Positions 9,003 to 19,500 of a stretch of DNA of 64,000 nt are shown here, one piece after another. This stretch comes from Salinivirgaceae bacterium (lineage in GTDB: Bacteria; Bacteroidota; Bacteroidia; Bacteroidales; SZUA-534): assembly GCA_017650325.1 (NCBI GenBank), contig JAGCFC010000166.1:1131-65130 (forward strand). The letters run 5' to 3'. Made by a program: the position numbers and the translations under genes. The notes beneath the pieces are model-generated. The model was given only the letters and a program-made list of their open reading frames with translations. It did not search any database and had not been told where the DNA came from. The number at the start of each line of letters is the position of its first letter. Within the stretch, counting starts at the first letter, position 1.

Positions 9003-9641
9003 ATGAAAAAACATATAGTCTGGGCAATTCTCTTGTCATTCAGCATGTTACTACCAGCAAGTGTTGCTTTCGCCGTTGAGGCGGATGACGATGCCGAATG
9101 GGTACTTGTTACTGAAGATACTGATATTAAAGTATTTGAGCGATGGATTTCGGTTGAAAAAAATCGTGCTCGCGAGCGTTCAGGAAAGATGGTTTTAAAA
9201 TGCAAACCAGAAGAATTGCTTGCTGTTATAGCTGATGTGACTAAAACAGGTATTTGGATGAGCAATGTTGAGGAGTGTCGTGTTGTAAGGCGTGTCAGCA
9301 ACGAAGAATGGTATGTTTATACTTTGATGGATGCTCCATGGCCTATTGGAAAACAGGACTTTGTGTCGAAATACACTGTTACCCGAAAAGGCGACCGCAT
9401 TTTTGTCAACATCGATCAGCAGACTGATCTTATACCAAAGAAAAAGGATATTGAGCGTCTTGATACCTTTAGTGCACGTTGGGAGATTACACCAGTGAGC
9501 GAAAACACTATTAATGTAAACTTCACAACTCAGTCTACTCAGCCCGCCAAATACCCTCAGTGGGCTCAGGATCCTATTGTGCGCAAAACTTTCTTGAACA
9601 ACATGAAAAAGTTGCGCCGTCACGTTCAAAAGACCGCGTGA
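9003..9641 (+). CDS. Secreted START/SRPBCC-like (lipid-binding fold) protein
   Basis: Signal peptide (LLPASVAFA). Size and pattern (W..V....DIKVFER...........K....V....PEEL..VI.D......W......E.RVV..V...E.YVY......PWPI..QDFV) resemble START-domain proteins. This is recognition by eye only. Confidence 0.5.
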   Translation: MKKHIVWAILLSFSMLLPASVAFAVEADDDAEWVLVTEDTDIKVFERWISVEKNRARERSGKMVLKCKPEELLAVIADVTKTGIWMSNVEECRVVRRVSNEEWYVYTLMDAPWPIGKQDFVSKYTVTRKGDRIFVNIDQQTDLIPKKKDIERLDTFSARWEITPVSENTINVNFTTQSTQPAKYPQWAQDPIVRKTFLNNMKKLRRHVQKTA

Positions 9642-9807
9642 TTTTCGGATCGCCCAGATCGTGAGATTTGGTTTTCCTGCACTTTTTACAAAAAAAAATA
9701 CAGATTTTTTGTAATAATCTTGAAAAAGTTGTGTCTATATGTATGCAATAGTATGATTTTTTGAAAAAAGCATATTACATTTACATAACTAACTAACACA
9801 ACTTACT

Positions 9808-12800
9808 ATGAACAAACCATTATTATGTGCGGCTATCGCTGCAACATTTCTGTTCTGCGCAAACACCAACGCGCAGATTGTGATCAATGAGTACGGCTCG
9901 TCAACATCATCATTTTTAGACGAATACAATGAGGAGTCCGACTGGATTGAACTTTACAACAAGACAGCGTCTGAGGTCGATTTGAACGGTTGGCATCTTA
10001 CGGACAACGAGTCAAACCTGGCTAAATGGACGTTCCCATCGGTGAAAATTCCGGCCAACGGATTCCTGTTGGTTATGGCGTCGGGCAAAAACCTGACCGA
10101 AGTGGCCGAAGGCAAGTATCTGCACACAAACTTTAACATTTCGTCGGATGGCGAGGCTATTTTTTTGGTTAACGCTGCCGACAGCATTGTGCATCAGGCC
10201 GACTCTGTGCCAGTGCCATGCAATGCCAGTCGGGGTTTGAGCCCCGATGGTGGCGACAATTGGGTGTTTTTTGTTGAGCCGACACCAAACAAGGCGAACA
10301 CCACAAAGGCTTACGCCACATCGGCAACCACAAGCGTGAAATTTTCGCCCGAAGGAGGTTGCCAGAAGGCAGCATTGACAGTGACTCTTACCGCCGAAGG
10401 TAATGCACCAATATATTACACGCTCGACTGCACGGAACCAACCGACACTTCGTTGCTCTATACCGGCCCGATAACGGTTGACTCAACAACGGTAATCCGC
10501 GCCATCACATTTAACGAGGATTTGATGCCCGGCCAGCCATCGACGCAGAGTTACATCTTCCCCGGAAGATTGCATTGGCTTGACCGCGACATGCAAGGCA
10601 ACCTCTACGATACAGTGACGGGATATGCTCTTAATGACGGCATTGATTATGACATGCTTATGGAGCATCTCCAAAATGGCGGTAGTATATTGGACTATTG
10701 TCACGATACAACCATAGTCTATGACCCTCACATTGCAATGGAGCATCCAACGCAGTTTACTCTGCCTGTGGTTTCTCTGACAACCAACCCTTTTAATTTA
10801 TGGGATTCCGTATCGGGCATTTATGTGCTTGGGCGCAATTTTGAGCCGACAGAACCGTATTACGGAGCCAATTTCCATCAGGATTGGGAGCGCCCTGTCC
10901 ACGTTGAGCTTTATTGGACCGATGGTTCGAAACGTCTCGATCAGGATGCGGGACTTCAGATTGCTGGCGCCTGGAGTCGGAGCAACGACCAGAAATCGTT
11001 CTCGCTGCACGCCCGCAACGCTTATGGAAAGAAGTATTTCGAGGCGAAATTGTTCGATGAACTCGACATTGCACAGTTCAAGGCGTTTGTTCTGCGCGAT
11101 TCGGGCAACGACTTTGGCAGTACCCACTTCCGTGATGCAATGATTACGCACCTTATAGCTGGTAACAATATTGATATTCAGGCATATCAGCCAGCTATTG
11201 TATATCTGAACGGTGAGTATTGGGGCATTCTGAACATGCGCGAAAAGTTGAATGAACACTATGTCGAGAACCACTATCCGCACGTCGACCATGACAAGGT
11301 GGATCTGCTTGTTGGAAAAGGAGCTGGCGTAACTGCATCGGAAGGTGACGTGGACGCATATAATGCGATGATGGACTTTATCAAGTCACACGACCTGGCC
11401 GATGGAGCCAACTACCAGAAGGTGGCTGCCCAAATGGAGATTGATGAGTATATAGAATATTTAGTAACGGAGATTTATGGTGGAAACGATGACTGGCCGC
11501 ACAACAATGTGAAGCTGTGGAAATCGAAGAAGAACGGCGGCCGCTGGCGCTGGATGCTTTACGACACCGACCAATCGTATGACATTTGGGAACGCGATGA
11601 AGACCTTCCAACTTACGACAAATTGGAAAAATGCTTGTCGGAATTAGGCAAAAACGGTGATACATGGTCTAATGTGCTGTTGCGCAATTTGGTGAAAAAC
11701 ACAACGTTCCGCAATGAGCTTTCAAACCGTTTTGCCGACCGCATGAATCGTGAGTTCCTTCCCGAGAATGTTAATCATCTGATTGATAGTCTTAAAGGAA
11801 ACATATCATCGGAAATCAACTTCCACAATAACCGCTGGTATATAGGCAGTTACGACGAAAAAGTCAACAGGATGAAAGACTTTGCAAAAAAACGCCCCAG
11901 CAATATGCGTAAGCATCTGCGCAAGCATTTCGATGTGGGTGATGATGTGGTTGTAACACTCAGCGAGAACGACAGCAAGGCTGGCTATATTCAAATCAAC
12001 TCGCTGACACTTAAATCGTTCCCGTGGAACGGCAGTTATTTTAAGAACGTTCCGGTCAAACTGAGGGCTGTGGCACGGCCAGGCTACAAGTTTGTGCGTT
12101 GGGAGAACGCCGACGAGAATGATACCATTAGCACCAATGCGGGAATTGAGCTCACTCTGAACTGCAACGCTACGGTTAACGCCGTTTTTGAAAAAGACAA
12201 CGAATCGTTGTATAACAGTGTGGTTATAAACGAGATAAACTACAAGTCGGCTGATGATTTTGACACTAAGGACTGGATTGAACTTTACAACACCACTTCG
12301 GCGGCAATCAATGTTTCGGGTTGGAAAATCAGCGATGAGAAACCCGATGAAATGTTCACAATTCCGGCTGGCACAATCATTGAGCCTTATGGTTATCTGG
12401 TGGTTTGTGCAAATCAGAACAAGTTGCTCAAATTTAATCCCGAAGTGATTAATTATGTTGGTGATTTCGAATTCGGGTTGGGCAAAGATGACAAAGTTCA
12501 ATTGTTTGATTCCGAAGGCCTTCTTATCGATGAAGTTGCTTATTCGAAATCGTGGGGCGATGCCAACGGTACCGGTCGTACATTGGCTCTGACCGATCCG
12601 TTTGCCGAAAACAACCAGAGCAAAGTGTGGAACGACAATGATGTACACGGCACACCTGGAGCGCAAAACGGATTGTTTAAACCATCGCGGAACGATTTCA
12701 GCATTAATGAGAAGGTTACCATCAATAAAAAGGAGACACCAGAGGAAATTACAGGTATAGAGGATGCGGAAATTGCATCTGTGTCAGTTGTTTGCTACCC

Positions 12801-13041
12801 GAACCCGACAAACGGTCAGGCCACACTTGAGTGGTCGCAGACGGGCGATGCAAATGTGAGGATAGAGTTGTTCAACGTTTATGGAAATAGTCTGGCACAA
12901 ATCTGCAATGGCTGGTTTGCTCAAGGTAGTCACGACATCGATATCAGCCATATTACTGGCAACTTGGCTGCTGGATTGTATTTCGCTAAAATATCAATCG
13001 ATGGTCAGCCGTTGACTAACTTGAAGATTATGAAACAGTAA
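9808..13041 (+). CDS. LTD-CotH-LTD protein with T9SS C-terminal sorting domain (paralog 1)
   Basis: Signal peptide. Lamin-tail-like module (VINEYGSS..DWIELYNKT..GWHLTD..WTFPSV). Chitobiase/hexosaminidase-C-like module (PIYYTLDCTEPTDTSLLYTGPITVDSTTVIRAITF). CotH-like core (LRDSGNDFGSTHFRDAMITHL..IDIQAYQPAIVYLNGEYWGILNMREK..GGNDDWPHNNVKLWKSKKNGGRWRWMLYDTDQSY). Second LTD (VVINEINYKSADDFDTKDWIELYNTT). T9SS-like tail (VVCYPNPTNGQATL..AGLYFAKISIDG..KIMKQ). Confidence 0.8.
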   Translation: MNKPLLCAAIAATFLFCANTNAQIVINEYGSSTSSFLDEYNEESDWIELYNKTASEVDLNGWHLTDNESNLAKWTFPSVKIPANGFLLVMASGKNLTEVAEGKYLHTNFNISSDGEAIFLVNAADSIVHQADSVPVPCNASRGLSPDGGDNWVFFVEPTPNKANTTKAYATSATTSVKFSPEGGCQKAALTVTLTAEGNAPIYYTLDCTEPTDTSLLYTGPITVDSTTVIRAITFNEDLMPGQPSTQSYIFPGRLHWLDRDMQGNLYDTVTGYALNDGIDYDMLMEHLQNGGSILDYCHDTTIVYDPHIAMEHPTQFTLPVVSLTTNPFNLWDSVSGIYVLGRNFEPTEPYYGANFHQDWERPVHVELYWTDGSKRLDQDAGLQIAGAWSRSNDQKSFSLHARNAYGKKYFEAKLFDELDIAQFKAFVLRDSGNDFGSTHFRDAMITHLIAGNNIDIQAYQPAIVYLNGEYWGILNMREKLNEHYVENHYPHVDHDKVDLLVGKGAGVTASEGDVDAYNAMMDFIKSHDLADGANYQKVAAQMEIDEYIEYLVTEIYGGNDDWPHNNVKLWKSKKNGGRWRWMLYDTDQSYDIWERDEDLPTYDKLEKCLSELGKNGDTWSNVLLRNLVKNTTFRNELSNRFADRMNREFLPENVNHLIDSLKGNISSEINFHNNRWYIGSYDEKVNRMKDFAKKRPSNMRKHLRKHFDVGDDVVVTLSENDSKAGYIQINSLTLKSFPWNGSYFKNVPVKLRAVARPGYKFVRWENADENDTISTNAGIELTLNCNATVNAVFEKDNESLYNSVVINEINYKSADDFDTKDWIELYNTTSAAINVSGWKISDEKPDEMFTIPAGTIIEPYGYLVVCANQNKLLKFNPEVINYVGDFEFGLGKDDKVQLFDSEGLLIDEVAYSKSWGDANGTGRTLALTDPFAENNQSKVWNDNDVHGTPGAQNGLFKPSRNDFSINEKVTINKKETPEEITGIEDAEIASVSVVCYPNPTNGQATLEWSQTGDANVRIELFNVYGNSLAQICNGWFAQGSHDIDISHITGNLAAGLYFAKISIDGQPLTNLKIMKQ

Positions 13042-13064
13042 GGTTTCTAATAATGACATATTGG

Positions 13065-13105
13065 CAAACGGCGGTTCGATTATCGGGCTGCCGTTTGTTA
13101 TTTTG
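13065..13105 (+). terminator. Rho-independent terminator after CotH paralog 1
   Basis: Stem CAAACGGC / GCCGTTTG (13065-13072 / 13090-13097) followed by TTATTTTG. Confidence 0.6.
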
Positions 13106-13186
13106 AGTTTTTCCCGCCACAAAGGCCATTCGTAGTCTGAAAAGGTTTTTATGTATAAAAAAACTTCCTATTTGTTTTTGTTTGTC

Positions 13187-13194
13187 TACTTTTG
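13187..13194 (+). promoter_or_regulatory. Candidate -7 promoter box (TACTTTTG)
   Basis: TAnnTTTG match 38 nt upstream of ATG 13233. Confidence 0.45.
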
Positions 13195-13232
13195 GCCGTT
13201 TTTAACGCACGTGGGTGCATAAAGAAACTGAT

Positions 13233-16200
13233 ATGAATAAACATTTGAAACATTGTGTGGCTTTTGCCGCAACTCTTTTTTTCGGGATTAGTGTTAATGC
13301 GCAGGTGGTAATCAACGAGTATTGCTCGAGTACCACGATACATCAGGATGAGGACAAGGCGAACTCCGATTGGATTGAACTTTACAATACAACCGATTCG
13401 GAAGTAAGCCTTAAAGGTTGGCATTTGTCAGACAAATCCGATAATGTCGCCAAGTGGACATTTCCCGATGTCAGTCTGCAGCCGAAGGCTTTTATGCTGA
13501 TTTATGCTTCAGGAAAAGATCGTGCTGTTGCAGGAAAGCCGTTGCATACCAATTTTAACATATCGACCGACGGCGAGACTGTTTACCTTTCGGATGCCAA
13601 TGGAAATATCATCCACAAGACAGACAGCATTTCTGTTCCGAACAATGCAAGTCGGGGACTTTTCCCTGACGGTAGTAGCAATTGGGTCTTTTTCGCCTCA
13701 CCAACACCTGATTCGGCCAACACAACCAAAACTTACGCAACAACCAAAACAAGCACAGTCGAAATTGAGCCGTGTGGCGGAGTATTCACTACACCTGTAA
13801 CCGTAACGCTGAAGACAAGCGGCAACACTCCAATCTATTACACGCTCGACTGCACCGTTCCTACTGCTGCCGACAGTCTGCTCTACACAGGTCCGATAAC
13901 CATCGATTCGACAACAGTTGTACGTGCTATCACTTTCGATGACAATTTGATGCCCGCGCAGCCGACAACCCAATCTTATATTTTCGGCAGCAAGTTGCGC
14001 TGGGTTAATCGTGACAAACAAGGCAAGCCCATTACAACCGAAACCCGCTGGGTTAGTGATAACAACGGCGGCGGTGGAGGCGGCTGGGGCTGGGGTGGCT
14101 GGGGTGGCCATAACGAAACCGTTACAGTCGACCCGGTAAAATACATCGAGCACGGTGAATCTTTCGCATTGCCGGTTGTTTCGCTCACAATGGAGCCTGA
14201 CGATTTATGGGATTATAACACGGGTATGTATGTTGAGGGACCGAACGCTAATCTGAATGCAACTCCGCGTCGCGCAAACTATTACAACGATTGGGAAAAG
14301 CCCGTCCACATTGAGCTTTATTGGACAGACGGGCGTCAGGTACTTTGCCAGGATGCTGGTGTTCAGATTTCAGGCGCATACAGCCGTATGAACGACCAGA
14401 AATCGATGGCGATGCATGCGCGCAAGGCTTACGGGGCAAAATATTTCGATGCAAAACTTTTCGACGAACTCGATCTGACACGTTTTAAGTCGTTTACATT
14501 GCGTGATTCAGGTAACGATTTTGGAAATACCCATTTCCGCGACGCCATGATAACTCATCTTGTAGATGGTAATAACATTGATATTCAAGCATATCAGCCT
14601 GCGGTTGTATTCCTGAACGGAGAGTATTGGGGAATTTTGAACATGCGCGAGAAACTGAATGAAGATTATATCGAAAACCACTATCCGCATGTAAGTGCCG
14701 ACAATGTTGACATAATGGCTGCAAGCGATGTTACAAAGAGCATTACGGCATCGGAGGGCGACGATGTTGACTATAACGCCATGATTAGCTATGTCAAATC
14801 GAATGATATGACCAACGATGCTTGTTACCAGCATGTTTCAACGCTTATCGACATTGATGAATATATTGAGTATATGGTGTCGGAGATTTACGGTTCAAAT
14901 AACGATTGGCCGCATAACAACATAAAGATTTGGAAGTCGAAGAAGCGTGGAGGTCGTTGGCGTTGGTTCTTGTATGATACCGACCAGTCGTATTCGATTT
15001 GGGGAGATCAGTCTGGCGATGACAAATTGGGCACTTGCCTCGAGGAGAAGGATACTCATGGTAACACATGGGCAAATGTCCTGTTCCGCAATCTTACAAA
15101 GAGCGAGAAGTTCCGCAACGCGCTTGCCAATCGTTTTGCCGATCGCATGAACAACGAATTTCTGGCCAAGAATGTCAATCATCTGATTGATAGCTTGTAT
15201 GGAAACATAGCGGATGAAATAGGCTATCATAATTCACGCTGGGGCAAAAGCCTTAACAACGGGCAGGGAATGAAAGATTTCGCGAAAAACCGTCCGAAAA
15301 ACATGCGCAGCCATTTGCGCAAGCACTTTGATGTGGGAGAGGACGTCAAGGTAACGCTTTATGCTAACGACGCCAAGGCCGGTTATGTACAGCTAAATTC
15401 GCTCACACTGAAGAGCTTTCCGTGGAGCGGCACATATTTCAAAAATGTGCCAATCTCAATTCGCGCGATAGCTCGTCCGGGCTATAGGTTTGTACGTTGG
15501 GAGGATGACAATAAAGGTGAGAACACTCATGCTGGAATTAGCGTGAAACTTAATGGCGCAATGTCGTACACGGCAATATTCGAAAAGGATGATGCCAATT
15601 ACAACAGTGTGGTTATTAACGAGATAAACTTTAAATCGTCGGCCGATTACGACACTAAAGACTGGATTGAACTTTACAACACAACAGCAGCTGCCATCGA
15701 TATTTCGAACTGGGTAATTTCAGACGATAAACAGGAGGATGCATACAAAATTCCTGGTGGAACAATCATTCCTCCGTATGGTTACATTGTTGTTTGTGAG
15801 AATTTGAGCAAGATGCTTAAGTACAATCCGAATCTTGTGAATGCAGTTGGTGATTTCCAATTTGGGTTGAGCAAAGCCGATTTGGTGCGTCTGAAGGATT
15901 CTGAAGGTAATCTAATTGACGAAGTTGAGTACGATAGTGGCAAAAACTGGCCCGATGCCAATGGCAATGGTTACACAATGGCGCTTGTTGATCCGTTTGC
16001 CGATAATGAGCGCGTTCTGGCGTGGGGCGAAGATGAAATGTATGGTACTCCGGGTAGCGAAAACGGAATTTTCACTCCCTCACACGATGATTTCAGCATT
16101 AGTGACAACAGTTTCAATATTATCACGGATGTGAACGAGAAACCGGAGGTTGAGGTTTATGCGGCGTGCTATCCTAATCCGTTCGTTGGAGATGCGGCCA

Positions 16201-16415
16201 TTGTTTGGGAGCAGACCGCTGACGCCGACGTGGTTGTTGAATTGTATGCTGCCAGTGGCCGTAAATTGGCAACAGTTGCTGATGGCATGTATTCGATTGG
16301 GGAACATGTTGTAAATATAGGCAGCATTGCCGGTAATTGGTCTAAAGGCTTGTATTTTGCTAAAATAACCATTGTTGGACAAAAACCCGTCATTATAAAA
16401 ATGATAAAGCAGTAA
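13233..16415 (+). CDS. LTD-CotH-LTD protein with T9SS C-terminal sorting domain (paralog 2)
   Basis: Same architecture as paralog 1 (VINEYCSS..DWIELYNTT..GWHLSD; PIYYTLDCTVPT..YTGPITIDSTTVVRAITF; LRDSGNDFGNTHFRDAMITHL..LNGEYWGILNMREK; NNDWPHNNIKIWKSKKRGGRWRWFLYDTDQSY; VVINEINFKSSADYDTKDWIELYNTT; ACYPNP..GLYFAKITIVG). Track GTG start 13215 trimmed to ATG 13233 (MNKHLKH..). Confidence 0.8.
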   Translation: MNKHLKHCVAFAATLFFGISVNAQVVINEYCSSTTIHQDEDKANSDWIELYNTTDSEVSLKGWHLSDKSDNVAKWTFPDVSLQPKAFMLIYASGKDRAVAGKPLHTNFNISTDGETVYLSDANGNIIHKTDSISVPNNASRGLFPDGSSNWVFFASPTPDSANTTKTYATTKTSTVEIEPCGGVFTTPVTVTLKTSGNTPIYYTLDCTVPTAADSLLYTGPITIDSTTVVRAITFDDNLMPAQPTTQSYIFGSKLRWVNRDKQGKPITTETRWVSDNNGGGGGGWGWGGWGGHNETVTVDPVKYIEHGESFALPVVSLTMEPDDLWDYNTGMYVEGPNANLNATPRRANYYNDWEKPVHIELYWTDGRQVLCQDAGVQISGAYSRMNDQKSMAMHARKAYGAKYFDAKLFDELDLTRFKSFTLRDSGNDFGNTHFRDAMITHLVDGNNIDIQAYQPAVVFLNGEYWGILNMREKLNEDYIENHYPHVSADNVDIMAASDVTKSITASEGDDVDYNAMISYVKSNDMTNDACYQHVSTLIDIDEYIEYMVSEIYGSNNDWPHNNIKIWKSKKRGGRWRWFLYDTDQSYSIWGDQSGDDKLGTCLEEKDTHGNTWANVLFRNLTKSEKFRNALANRFADRMNNEFLAKNVNHLIDSLYGNIADEIGYHNSRWGKSLNNGQGMKDFAKNRPKNMRSHLRKHFDVGEDVKVTLYANDAKAGYVQLNSLTLKSFPWSGTYFKNVPISIRAIARPGYRFVRWEDDNKGENTHAGISVKLNGAMSYTAIFEKDDANYNSVVINEINFKSSADYDTKDWIELYNTTAAAIDISNWVISDDKQEDAYKIPGGTIIPPYGYIVVCENLSKMLKYNPNLVNAVGDFQFGLSKADLVRLKDSEGNLIDEVEYDSGKNWPDANGNGYTMALVDPFADNERVLAWGEDEMYGTPGSENGIFTPSHDDFSISDNSFNIITDVNEKPEVEVYAACYPNPFVGDAAIVWEQTADADVVVELYAASGRKLATVADGMYSIGEHVVNIGSIAGNWSKGLYFAKITIVGQKPVIIKMIKQ

Positions 16416-16436
16416 GCCTGTTTTTAGTTTTGACAC

Positions 16437-16470
16437 AACGGCAGTCGGATTTCTGGCTGCCGTTTTTTTA
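16437..16470 (+). terminator. Rho-independent terminator after CotH paralog 2
   Basis: Stem AACGGCAG / CTGCCGTT (16437-16444 / 16457-16464) followed by TTTTTTA. Confidence 0.65.
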
Positions 16471-16548
16471 TGATAAATCTTATGAAAAAGAAGATCTAAT
16501 TGCCAGTGGTTGGACTTATCTGCTGAATACCCGACTCTAATAGTTGTT

Positions 16549-16556
16549 TATATTTG
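16549..16556 (+). promoter_or_regulatory. Candidate -7 promoter box (TATATTTG)
   Basis: TAnnTTTG match 17 nt upstream of ATG 16574. It lies inside the track's TTG-extended ORF, which argues for the shorter gene model. Confidence 0.5.
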
Positions 16557-16573
16557 CGGTAGTTATTTTAGAT

Positions 16574-19500
16574 ATGAAGAGAATAGTATTGTCAGTTTTG
16601 GTATTGGCGTTGACAACCATTAATGCCGGTGCGCAGGTGGTGATTAACGAGTATTGCCCCTCCACATCGGTGATGGCTGATGAGGATGGTGACACTTCCG
16701 ACTGGCTCGAACTTTACAACAGTGGTAGTGGGGAAGTGAATCTTCAAGGTTGGCATTTGTCTGACAGGATGGACAATTTGGCAAAGTGGACATTCCCGGC
16801 TGTGACAATGCCACCGCAGTCTTATCTGCTTGTATATGCGTCAGGTAAGGACAGATATGAATATGAGGCAGGTAAGAAAACATATATGAGCCCGCTCATA
16901 AAATGGGGCGATGAATTTGCTTATGCAATCGGCTCTGACACAATCCGGAAAAACTGGTATTCGATTGGATATAACGATTCTAAATGGTTGAGAGGCAAAA
17001 GTGGTTTCGGTTATGGAAACAAAAATGTCGCAACTCAAGTACCAAGTGGCACAATGTCTATTTTTGTACGTAAGAAATTCAATGTCAGTAACTTGTCCGA
17101 CATTGTTCAACTGATACTCGATTTGGATTATGATGACGGGTTTGTTATTTATATCAATGGAAAAGAGGTGGCTCGAGAGAATTTGGGAAGCAAAGGTGTC
17201 GATCCGTCGTACGCTGAGGCAACCCCCGACTATGTCAATCCGCTGTTGAGTAATTCGCAGCCTACTAAGCGGATTATTCTTAACAATTTTACTGATTATT
17301 TGGTTGAGGGAGAGAATCTTTTTGCCGCAAGGATTCACAACATTTCAGAAACATCAAGTGACCTTCTTCTCATACCGTTTCTCACTATCAGCACAACACA
17401 GCCGGGAAATGAAACTGTCGATGATGTGCTGAATCTGAAAGGAACAATTACGGGCAAATATTTGCACACCAATTTCGGTTTCTCTTCTGATGGCGAAGTG
17501 GTTTATCTGAGCGATTCCACTGGTAGAATTGTCCATCAGACCGACCGCACTGCTGTGCCCCATAATGTGTCGCGTGGATTGGCCAATGACGGATCCGGAA
17601 GCTGGCTTTTTTTCACTGAACCAACGCCTGGATTACCCAATTCAACAAAGTCTTTCCCGACAGCTGAAACCGCTTATGTACGCATTGAGCCAACAGGGGG
17701 CTTGTATAACTCAACTGTCATGGTTTCAATGGTTTCCAATATCGAGGGGCCGATATATTATACAACCGATGGCACGGAACCAACAATGGAATCAGCTGTC
17801 TATTCAGAGCCGATAGAAGTGTCGTCTACCACAATCTTCCGTGCTATATCGTACTGCGACACACTGCTGCCTATGATGCCTGCAACGCAATCGTATCTGT
17901 TCGCCAATCACGAAATAACACTGCCGGTTTTTTCGCTCGTAACCGACCCTTACAATCTGTTCGACTATAATTACGGCATATATGCCGATGGTCCGAATGC
18001 TGAGGCTGCGGATCCACACTATGGAGCCAATTACCACAAAGACTGGGAGCGTCCTCTGCACGTTGAACTTTTTTGGCCGGACGGCACAACAAAAATCTGT
18101 CAGAATGCGGGGGTTAAGATTGCGGGGGCGTGGAGTCGGGCATGGGCGCAGAAATCGTTCGCTATTCACGCGCGTAATGCGTACGGCAACAATATGTTCG
18201 AATGTAAATTGTTCGGTGACAAGGATATATCTGAATTCAAGTCGTTCGTTCTCCGTAATTCGGGAAACGATTGGTATAGCACTATGTTTCGCGATGCGCT
18301 GATTACAAGACTGGTTCGTAATAATAACATTGACATTCAAGCATATCAGCCATCAGTGGTTTACCTGAACGGTGAATATTGGGGTATTCTGAACATCAGA
18401 GAGAAGATTAATGAGCATTATGTGGCTAACAATAACAATTGGGTTGATGCGGATAATGTTGATTTACTAGAGACTAACGGAACCAGAATTCATGGTGAGG
18501 CAAAACATTACAATGCGGTAAAAAGCTATCTGAACTCGCATTCGATGTATAGTACTGACAATTATAATTACATCGCGACACAGATAGACATCGACGAATT
18601 TATTGAGTATATGGTGCTTGAGATATATTGTAACAATGGCGACTGGCCGGGGAACAATTGTAAATTTTGGCACCCCCAAGTTGAAGGTGGCCGTTGGCGT
18701 TGGATAGCTTACGATACCGATTTTGGTTTCGGACTCTATTCCAGCGGCTACGATGAGGATAATTTAGGCTCGTGTATGCAAAATACATCGGGACCTGCTT
18801 TTGTGCTCAACAAACTTTTGGGGAACGCAACTTTTAAACGCAATTTCGTTAACCGTTTCGCCGACCGCATGAACCGTGAATTTAAGGCCGGCGTTGTTAA
18901 TTCGTTGATTGACAGTTTGTCCAGTGTCATTTCCAGTGAGATTGTTTACCACAATAACAGGTGGCATGCCATTGGTAGTTGGAAGAATAATATTGCGGAC
19001 ATGAAAACCTTTGTCAGTGGTCGGCCGGGACAAATGAGGCAGTTCATCCGTAACAATCTGTCGGTGGGTTCGAATGTCACTATTACTGTTGATGTCAGTG
19101 ACGAAGAGGGTGGTTATGTGCAGTTGAACAGTCTTGCTATTAAAGAATTCCCATGGAGCGGCATCTATTTCTCGAACAATCCGATAACTATTAGCGCTAT
19201 AGCCAGACCTGGCTATGAGTTTGTTGGTTGGAAAGAAAAAGGAGATGTTAATCCTGAACTGATGCTTGCAGTTAAGAAGAATACAACTTTCACAGCAGTT
19301 TTCGAGAAAAGCGATGTAAAGTATAATTCCATTGTAATCAATGAAATAAATTATAAGTCGGAGGATGGACAGGACACAAAAGATTGGGTGGAACTATTCA
19401 ATACAACAGCGGCAGATATCGACATTTCTGACTGGATGCTGACAGATGCCACTCGACTTAAAGATTATATAATGCCTAAAGGAACAAAAGTTCCTGCATA

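Noticed and set aside
9686-9714. 10-bp perfect inverted repeat TTACAAAAAA..TTTTTTGTAA upstream of CotH paralog 1, considered as an invertible-promoter boundary or a terminator
   Set aside because: It is A/T-only, only 9 nt separate the arms (too short for an invertible promoter), and no recombinase gene is nearby. It is probably a low-complexity coincidence.
11806-12666. 286-aa ORF on the minus strand, and similar 150-185-aa shadow ORFs inside the CotH, SusC/D and T9SS-cargo genes (for example 10798..11292, 13698..14153, 17804..18340, 4174..4857, 2615..3217, 41663..42220)
   Set aside because: All are antisense to, or out of frame with, genes that have strong domain evidence. None has a signal peptide or a motif of its own.
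16544-16573. N-terminal extensions in the ORF track built on TTG/GTG or upstream ATG starts (also 13215, 29077, 33444, 45129, 50597, 22347, 23516, 5758, 55331, 3109, 57193, 53276)
   Set aside because: Each has an internal ATG that begins a canonical signal peptide or a conserved N-terminus. The extension either overlaps the upstream gene or contains the candidate TAnnTTTG promoter box.
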